This document shows positions 59,601 through 64,000 of a stretch of 64,000 nucleotides of DNA, piece by piece. The DNA comes from an uncultured Gemmatimonadales bacterium (GTDB lineage Bacteria; Gemmatimonadota; Gemmatimonadetes; Longimicrobiales; Longimicrobiaceae). Under the pieces are notes generated by a model that saw only the letters and a program-made list of their open reading frames with translations, had not been told where the DNA came from and did not search any database. Positions within the stretch are counted from its first letter, which is position 1. Every line of letters starts with the position of its first letter. The translations under genes were made by a program, and so were the position numbers. The stretch spans positions 7,616,001-7,680,000 of the forward strand of contig OY970303.1 of NCBI GenBank assembly GCA_963716255.1, written 5' to 3'.

Positions 59601-62425
59601 CGCCGGAGCGCTACGAGCGGCGCCGCGAGGCGATGTTCGAGGGGATCGAGGAGGTGCGCCGCCTGTGGCGCGGGGGGACGACGGAGCGCGTGGGGGGGAG
59701 CGGGGCCACGGTGCGGGTGGGGACGCTGCCGCGGCCGGTGCAGCCGGAGCTCCCCGTGTGGGTGACGGCGGCGGGAAGCCCGGACACCTTTTTCCAGGCC
59801 GGGAGGATCGGCGCCCACCTGCTCACGCACCTGCTTGGGCAGAGCGTGGAGGAGCTGGCGGAGCGGGTCCGCGCCTACCGCGAGGGCCGCCGCGAGGGGG
59901 GGCACGACCCGGAGTCGGGACGCGTCGCGCTGATGCTGCACACCTTCGTGGGCGACGACGACGCGGAGGTGCGGGCGGCGGTGCGCGGCCCCTTCCGCGA
60001 GTACCTGCGCACCTCGTTCGACCTGGTGCTGCGGATGGCCGGGCGCGCCGCGGCCGACCCGTCCTCGCTGTCGCCCGCGGACGTGGAAACGATGCTGGAC
60101 TCCGCCTTCGAGCGCTTCTACCGCACCAGCGGGCTGATGGGGACGCCGGACGCCTGCCTGGCGACGGTGCGCCGGGTGCGGGCCGCCGGGGTGGACGAGG
60201 TCGCCTGCCTGGTGGACTTCGGGGTGGACGACGACCGGGTGCTGGCGAGCCTGGACCGGCTGCGCGGCGTGATGGAGGCGGACCGCGCCGCGCCCGCCCC
60301 ACCCGCGCGCGACGAGCCCCCGCTCGCCGACCAGCTCCGCGCCGAGGGCGTCACCCACCTGCAGTGCACCCCGTCGCTGGCGGGGATGCTGGCGCGCGAC
60401 CCGGACACGCTCCGCGCCCTCGCCGCCCTGGAGTGCATCCTCCTGGGCGGGGAAACCCTCCCGCCGGCGCTGGCGGCGCGGCTCCGCGAGGCCGGCTCCG
60501 CGCGCATCCTCAACCTGTACGGCCCCACCGAGGCCACGGTGTGGGCCACGGCGCACGAGGTGGAGGACGCGGCCGGGTCGGTCCCCATCGGGCGGCCGCT
60601 CGCCGGCACGCGCGCGTACGTGGTGGACGCGCGGCTGCACCCGGTGCCGGTGGGCGTGGAGGGGGAGCTGCTGCTCGCCGGGGCGGGAACGGCGCGCGGC
60701 TACCTGGGGCGCGCGGAGCTGACGGCCGAGCGCTTCGTCCCCGACCCGTTCGCGGCGGACGCGCACGGCGGGGCGCGGGCGTACCGCACCGGCGACCGGG
60801 CCCGCAGGCGCGCGGACGGGACGCTGGAGTTCCTGGGCCGCGCCGACCGGCAGCTCAAGGTGCGCGGCTTCCGCATCGAGCCGGGGGAGGTGGAGGCCGC
60901 GCTGGACGCGCACCCCGGCGTGCGCGAGAGCGCGGTGGAAGCGGTGGAGGACGGGGCCACCGGGGAGTGGCGTCTGACTGCGTACGTGGTCCCCGCCGCC
61001 GGCGGGGGGGGGGCGCTGCTCGCCCCGGCGCCGGACGAGCGGGAGCGCATCCTCGCCGGCCGCCCGCGCTTCACCCTGCCGGACGGAACCGTGGTGGCGC
61101 ACCAGCGGGACGCCGTCACCCGCGGGCTGTACCACGAGATCTTCGAGGACCAGGTCTACCTGCGCCACGGGATCGAGCTGGAGGCGGGGGCGCAGGTGGT
61201 GGACGTGGGCTCCAACATCGGCATGTTCACCCTGTTCGCCCACACGCGGGCGCCGGGCGTCCGCACCTGGTCGTTCGAGCCCATCCCCGACACCTTCGCC
61301 GCGCTGCGCGCCAACACCGCGCTGTACGGGCTGGACGCGCGGGTGTTCGACGTGGGGCTGGCGGACGCGGAGGGGACGGCGGAGTTCACCTTCTACCCGG
61401 GCTCCTCCGGCCTCTCGGGCCGCTACGCCGACGTGGCGCGCGACCGCGAGACGGTCCGCTCCGCCATCCGCAGCTGGGCGCGCGAGGCGGGCGGGAGCGA
61501 CCCCGGCGCGGGCGAGGTGGACGCCTTCCTGGACGACCGCTTCCGCGCGGAAACCTTTGTCCGGCCCCTGCGGACCCTTTCGGCGGTGATCCGGGAGGAG
61601 GGGATCGAGCGCATCGACCTGCTCAAGGTGGACGTGGAAAAGAGCGAGTACGACGTGCTCCGCGGGATCGAGGACGAGCACTGGCCGCGGATCCGCCAGG
61701 TGGCGATGGAGGTGGACACGGACGCGCTGCTGGAGCGGGTGAGGGCGCTCCTGGAGCGGCACGGCTTCGAGCTGCTGGTGGACCGCCAGCCCATCGTGGC
61801 GGAGGACCCGGAGGGGGAGTACGTGTACATGCTGTACGGCAAGAGGGCGGGGGACGGGGCGCCGCTGCGCCGCACCACGCCCGGCGCCCCCGCCGCGAGG
61901 GCGGCGCCGCCGGCCGCGGCGGAGCTGCGGGCGTACCTCGCGGGGCGCCTCCCGGACTACATGGTGCCCTCGCACTTCGTGGAGCTGGAGCGGATGCCGC
62001 GCACCCCCGGCGGCAAGACCGACCGCGCGGCGCTCCCGCGCGCCGGGGCGCCGCTCCCCGCGGCGGAGGCGGCCGGGTACGCCGCGCCGCGCAACGCGCT
62101 GGAGCGGACCATCGCCGAGGTGTGGCGGGGGGTGCTGGGGGTGGAGCGGGTGGGGATCCGCGACAACTTCTTCGAACTGGGGGGAACGTCGGTGGGGCTT
62201 GCGGCGGTGCACCAGGCGCTCTCGGAGCGGCTGGACCGGCCGGTCGCGGTGGTGGAGCTGTTCCGCCACTCCACGGTGGCCGCGCTGGCGGAGCACCTGT
62301 CCGCGGCCGGCGGGGAGGCCGCGCCGGCGCACGCCGGGGCGCACGACCGCGCGGAGCGCCAGCGCCGCGCCCGGGAGGCGCGCCGGCCGCAGCGCCCGGG
62401 CCGCTCCGGGGAGCCCCGCGGATGA
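50666..62425 (+). CDS. NRPS4 (~3919 aa): C(DCL-like)-A12-T / C-A13-T / C-A14(LLM monooxygenase + FkbM MT)-T; Pro-like, unknown, Gly
   Basis: Starts MENVESVYPLSPMQ; codes A12 DVHFQAHVVK, A13 DVASNGLTYK, A14 DILQLGLVWK; inserts FSLFYF...WTPERHFHAFGG and VVDVGSNIGMF...IDLLKVDVEKSE; final T GGTS; no TE. Confidence 0.95.
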   Translation: MENVESVYPLSPMQLDILLRSLRAPELAEYAEQVCWTMRGDLDAPAFERAWGLLAERHPVLRTVFFWKGLDTPLQVVRGEVEIRVEAADWRGVPPEEVEARMDALARGERRGFDLEAAPLFRVACARTGEGEHRCVWTCHHLLLDGWSAGRALQEVFALYDALRGGEVPALAPAPPFQAYISWLQAQPTEPAEAFWRAALAGVGAAAPLDPGPLRDPGAAGNPGHAAAAIPAARLERLEETARRRQVTLNTLFQGAWALLLGRYRGDDDVVFGAVSAGRPAELPGAEAMLGVFVGSVPVRVRLRPEAEAAPWLREIQAGQARARRFDHFSVQQIQAWSGLPPGERLFDTLLVFQNYPLREVESARIGGLEVRDLRGVPADTALGHALMLEVDVRGEAGLSLAFDGDRWDAASAALALEHLRTILEGIAADPDARLCELPLLSAAERARVLEAWNATAAAYPDDACVHHRVAAQAARTPEAPAVVFEGGRLSYAELERRAARLAHFLAGRGVGPDVRVALCMERGPDQVVALLAVLQAGGCYVPLDPAYPRERLAHVLRDSGARVLLTEAHLAPALPPSGADTVVLDDVRDRLAAQPEHAPRTAVGPENLAYVVYTSGSTGTPKGVAMPHRPLVNLLAWQEGAWRGPRAARTLQFAALGFDVAFHEVFSTWTTGGALVLLREEERRDPDALLRRVEEAGVERLFLPWAALQQVAERAVERGVVPPRLREVQTAGEQLRVTPAIRAWMAALGAPLHNHYGPSETHVVTALALEGAPGGWPLLPAIGGGIANTRCFVLDAWMEPAPAGIPGELYVAGASLARGYLDRPWATFERFLPDPFSGQAGGRMYRTGDRVRWLADGTLEFLGRVDHQVKVRGFRVEPGEVEAALERHPGVREAVVHAREDEPGEKRLVGYVVPAEGARVRTAELREHLLASLPDYMVPGAFVVLERLPLTPSGKTDRRALPAPAPSGAAEHGYAAPRTPVQEVLAAAWAEVLGVERVGVEDDFFALGGHSLLAARVVSRVRDALGVELPLPAVFAAPTVAGLARRVEALLRDGDGAQAPPLAPVPRDGAPLPLSFAQQRLWFIHRLEPDSAAYNLPCALRVRGPLDPGALERALTGVAGRHEALRTRFPERGGVPVQLVEPARRVRLPRVDLAGLPGPAREAELSRLAEREARRPFDLAAGPLLRGAVVRLGEDDAAVLITVHHVVADGWSVGILVREVSALYAAHAGGGDARLPDLPVQYADFAAWQRARLSGETLERQLAFWRGELRGAPPLLELPADRPRPAAMDGAGRRVDFRVDAATAAGVRALARREGATPFMALLAAWQLLLARGSGQEDVVVGTPVAGRSHTELEGLIGFFVNTLPLRADLSGDPAFGELLRRVRARTLDAYAHQELPFDRLVEELAGGRSRAHAPLFQAVFALRPADVAEPRLGGAEVSAIPVAGVSAKFDLSLGLAEDADGALAGGLEYATALREPATAARMAGHYATLLAGIVADPGARAWTLPLMDAAERRRVLAEGHGPERAEAPECVHDLIAGQAKRTPDAPALAFRGDVLAYAELDRRANRLAHRLRAHGVGPEARVGVCLERTPELVVALLAVLRAGGAYVPLDPAYPRARLGAMVEDAGVALVLTSTMLAGLVPHVAAALALDAVDVGGEPEAAPESGVLPENLSHVIFTSGSTGRPRGVMIRHGAVAALLHWLRGAVSDEERSAVLFSTSVSFDVSVAELFGTLAWGGKLVLAENALELATLGEPVVLASMVPTAAAELLRSGGIPPAVRTLNLGGEPLPADLARGLYALGTVERVANLYGPTEDTTYSTYARVERGAGVVTLGRPLPGTRAYVLDAEMEPVPPGVAGELYLAGDGLARGYAGRPELTAERFLPDPFGSAGSRAYRVMDRVRRRPDGELEYLGRMDQQVKVRGFRIEPGEIEAALRAHPGVREAAAVARGDAASGVAGGRRLVAYVVPADGAAPVAAELRAHLREHVPEYMVPSAFVALDALPLTPGGKLDRLALPAPGDAPTASEVDGDAAPRGPVEELVAGIFAELLGVERVGARDDFFELGGHSLLAARVAARVREAAGVELPVGMLFEAPTAAELAARVEALRDASADAAPPPLVPVPRDDAALPLSAAQQRLWLQHQVAPASYNLAAALRLRGELSAEALRGALEAVVARHEVLRTRLFVEDGAPVQVVEPARTFALPAVDLAPFPAAEREAAVARYAAEEAARPFDLEAPPLLRASLLRLGPSEHVLLLTLHHVAADGWSEAVLVRELGAHYLARVSGREAALPPLALQYGDYAVWQRRVDAGGARQRKLESWSRALAGAPAALELPADRPRPPVQSFRGDTFRFHLDAPRAGALRALARREDCTLFMVLLAGFDAWLHRCTGQDDLVVGTPLAGRDHPALEPLIGCFINVLPVRVRVDAGEGFRALLRRVRSALLDAYPAGDVSFDRIVDAAGMPRDASRSPLVQVLFALQNTPLERLDLPGLAAERVEVAGRSSRYDLSVYLREEPDGALGALVEFAADLYDRGTVERWMRHFARLLDTLAADPERPVGDAELLDPAERDQLVRGWNAAEPALDSAATLPGLFAAQVRRTPDAVALVAGGERLTYAALERRAARIARRLAALGVGPEVRVGLLLERGAEMVAAMLGVLAAGGAYVPLDPEYPAERLAFMLADSGARVLVTQAGLEGRAGDFAGQIVALDGPPLPPAPSPASGEGEHDTSAGEGQEALPQNWGRVASLSEPGGGNSADASAPPALVLFPDNAAYVIYTSGSTGTPKGVVVTHASVAAFFAAMTERVGAEPGTWLAVTSIAFDISVLEILWTLSRGSRVVLRGPGPRAAAAAPAAAAADPRPGAPPTAFSLFYFAAGERASGRDGYRLLLEGARWADRSGFEAVWTPERHFHAFGGQYPNPSVTSAALATITERVRLRAGSVVLPLHDPIRVAEEWAVVDNLSDGRVEVSFASGWHADDFVLAPERYERRREAMFEGIEEVRRLWRGGTTERVGGSGATVRVGTLPRPVQPELPVWVTAAGSPDTFFQAGRIGAHLLTHLLGQSVEELAERVRAYREGRREGGHDPESGRVALMLHTFVGDDDAEVRAAVRGPFREYLRTSFDLVLRMAGRAAADPSSLSPADVETMLDSAFERFYRTSGLMGTPDACLATVRRVRAAGVDEVACLVDFGVDDDRVLASLDRLRGVMEADRAAPAPPARDEPPLADQLRAEGVTHLQCTPSLAGMLARDPDTLRALAALECILLGGETLPPALAARLREAGSARILNLYGPTEATVWATAHEVEDAAGSVPIGRPLAGTRAYVVDARLHPVPVGVEGELLLAGAGTARGYLGRAELTAERFVPDPFAADAHGGARAYRTGDRARRRADGTLEFLGRADRQLKVRGFRIEPGEVEAALDAHPGVRESAVEAVEDGATGEWRLTAYVVPAAGGGGALLAPAPDERERILAGRPRFTLPDGTVVAHQRDAVTRGLYHEIFEDQVYLRHGIELEAGAQVVDVGSNIGMFTLFAHTRAPGVRTWSFEPIPDTFAALRANTALYGLDARVFDVGLADAEGTAEFTFYPGSSGLSGRYADVARDRETVRSAIRSWAREAGGSDPGAGEVDAFLDDRFRAETFVRPLRTLSAVIREEGIERIDLLKVDVEKSEYDVLRGIEDEHWPRIRQVAMEVDTDALLERVRALLERHGFELLVDRQPIVAEDPEGEYVYMLYGKRAGDGAPLRRTTPGAPAARAAPPAAAELRAYLAGRLPDYMVPSHFVELERMPRTPGGKTDRAALPRAGAPLPAAEAAGYAAPRNALERTIAEVWRGVLGVERVGIRDNFFELGGTSVGLAAVHQALSERLDRPVAVVELFRHSTVAALAEHLSAAGGEAAPAHAGAHDRAERQRRAREARRPQRPGRSGEPRG
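58790..58920 (+). repeat. Palindromic REP-like element inserted in frame in the A14 domain
   Basis: Hairpins CCCTCCCC-CGCAAGC-GGGGAGGG and CCCTCCCCCA-GAAC-TGGGGGAGGG; resembles the intergenic element at 63380. Confidence 0.7.
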
Positions 62426-63366
62426 GCCCGCTCCCGCCGGTACCCGAGGCCTTCCGGAATCGCACCCTGCGCCTGCCCAACGACTACGAGATCGTCTACC
62501 AGAGCAAGGCGGAGGCGCGCTACTTCTACCACGACATCTGGGAGAAGCGCGTGTACCTGCGCCACGGCTTCACGCTGGGGGACGGGGACTGCGTGTTCGA
62601 CGTGGGCGCCAACATCGGCCTGTTCACGATGTTCGTGCACGGCCTGGGTCACGCCGTCACCTCGTACTCCTTCGAGCCGGCGCCGCGCGTCTACGAGATC
62701 CTGCGCTTCAACGCGTCGCGCTACGCGCCCCGTGCCAAGCTGTTCAACTACGGGATCTCGGACCGGCCGGGAGAGGCGGAGTTCACCTTCTACCCCAACA
62801 GCCCGGGGATGTCGACGTTCCACCCGCGGCTGCAGGACGAGCGCGAAACGCTGCTGGCGATCATGGAGAACCAGCTGCGGGAGGGGATGGAGGGGATGGA
62901 GCGGGTGATGAGGCACGCGGACGACCTGCTGGAGGAACGCTTCCGCAGCGAGACCTTCCGCTGCTCTCTACGCCCGCTGTCCCAGGTCATCTACGAGAAC
63001 CGGGTGGAGCGCATCGACCTGCTCAAGGTGGACTGCCAGAAGAGCGAGATCCAGGTGCTGGAGGGGATCGAGGCGGCCGACTGGCCCAGGGTGCGCCAGG
63101 TGGTGCTGGAGGTGCACGACCTGGACGGCGCGCTGGCCCGCGTCGCCGGCCTGCTGGACGACCGCGGCTTCCAGGTTGTGACCGAGCAGGACGACATGTA
63201 CGAGGGCTCGCACCTGTACAACCTGTACGCGCGGCGCTCACGCGGCGCGGCGCCTTCCTCGTCCGGCGCCCCGTCCGCGGCGCAGCGCGCGCGCGAGCGC
63301 GCCGCCCAGCAGCGGGACGCCGGCCGCCAGCGCCGCGGCGGGAGGCCGGGGGAAAACGAGGGGTAG
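62422..63366 (+). CDS. Stand-alone FkbM-family SAM-dependent methyltransferase
   Basis: ATGA overlap with the NRPS4 stop; VFDVGANIGLF, YSFEP, FTFYP, IDLLKVDCQKSE, VVLEVHD. Confidence 0.9.
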   Translation: MSPLPPVPEAFRNRTLRLPNDYEIVYQSKAEARYFYHDIWEKRVYLRHGFTLGDGDCVFDVGANIGLFTMFVHGLGHAVTSYSFEPAPRVYEILRFNASRYAPRAKLFNYGISDRPGEAEFTFYPNSPGMSTFHPRLQDERETLLAIMENQLREGMEGMERVMRHADDLLEERFRSETFRCSLRPLSQVIYENRVERIDLLKVDCQKSEIQVLEGIEAADWPRVRQVVLEVHDLDGALARVAGLLDDRGFQVVTEQDDMYEGSHLYNLYARRSRGAAPSSSGAPSAAQRARERAAQQRDAGRQRRGGRPGENEG

Positions 63367-63379
63367 GGTAGGGCGGCGG

Positions 63380-63423
63380 CCCTCACCCCCCGGCCCCCTC
63401 TCCCAATGCTGGGAAAGGGGGAG
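63380..63423 (+). repeat. Intergenic palindromic REP-like element
   Basis: CCCTCACCCCCCGGCCCCCTCTCCCA-ATGC-TGGGAAAGGGGGAG hairpin. Confidence 0.65.
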
Positions 63424-63525
63424 AACGGCGGTGCGCTCCGGCGGGCTCCGGTGTTTAGGGTCGGCCGGGGGCACGCCCGAACCCAGCAGCAGCAATTCAA
63501 CTTGCTTCCCAAAGATCCAAGGCCG

Positions 63526-64000
63526 ATGAGCGACACCAGCTACGAGGGCCCGGAAAGAATCGCCGTCGTCGGGATGGCCTGCCGGTTCCCGGGGGCCCCG
63601 GACGTGGAGGCGTTCTGGAGCAACCTCCGGGGCGGGGTGGAGTCCATCGCGCGCTTCACGGAGGCGGAGCTGCTGGAGGCGGGCAACGACCCGGAGCTCC
63701 TGCGCCACCCCGACTTCGTCCCGGCGAGCGGCCACCTGGAGGGCGCCGACCTGTTCGACGCGGAGTTCTTCGACCTGCCGCCGCGCGACGCGGAACTGCT
63801 GGACCCGCAGCACCGGCTCTTCCTGGAGCAGGCGTGGGCGGCGCTGGAGCACGCCGGGTGCGACCCGGGCACCTTTCCGGGGCCCATCGGGGTGTTCGCC
63901 GGGGCGGGGATGAACACCTACCTGCTCCACCTGGTGGCGCGCCACGGGAACCGCGCGGGGGACCTGCTCCAGAACCGCATCCGCAGCGACAAGGACTTCC
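63526..64000 (+). CDS. Type I PKS ketosynthase N-terminus (NRPS/PKS hybrid-type), truncated by the window end
   Basis: Manual translation MSDTSYEGPERIAVVGMACRFPGAPDVEAFWSNLRGGVESIARFTEAELLEAG...FDAEFF...LDPQHRLFLEQAWAALEHAG; absent from the ORF track because there is no stop in the window. Confidence 0.93.
   Translation, partial: MSDTSYEGPERIAVVGMACRFPGAPDVEAFWSNLRGGVESIARFTEAELLEAGNDPELLRHPDFVPASGHLEGADLFDAEFFDLPPRDAELLDPQHRLFLEQAWAALEHAGCDPGTFPGPIGVFAGAGMNTYLLHLVARHGNRAGDLLQNRIRSDKDF

Overview
This is high-GC bacterial DNA. The 16S resembles Gemmatimonadota (Longimicrobium-like), judged by eye only. The window opens with a 16S rRNA gene and tRNA-Ile(GAU), closed by an intrinsic terminator, with no 23S gene. 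A ~62 kb hybrid NRPS-PKS cluster follows. It contains a circularly permuted ATP-grasp ligase, three tandem NRPS genes (modules 1-11, no thioesterase) and a TIGR02587/TIGR02588-like pair. Next come a minus-strand aminotransferase, APC permease and SyrP-like TauD dioxygenase. The last part is a fourth NRPS (modules 12-14), a stand-alone FkbM methyltransferase and the start of a hybrid-type PKS ketosynthase. Hand-read motifs suggest unusual chemistry: (1) a ureido-forming C domain (EHHIIHDG) followed by a dehydrating modAA-type C domain, giving an Ala-CO-Dhb-Val start; (2) a PRMT-like methyltransferase inside an A domain for a basic residue; (3) a Gly A domain interrupted by both a luciferase-like monooxygenase and an FkbM O-methyltransferase, predicting alpha-methoxyglycine passed to a PKS. 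Signs of module remodelling include a lost E domain, a fossil subunit fusion, a His-to-Gln C domain, a ~500 bp near-identical repeat and an in-frame palindromic element. All substrate calls are manual specificity-code readings. The cluster continues beyond the window.
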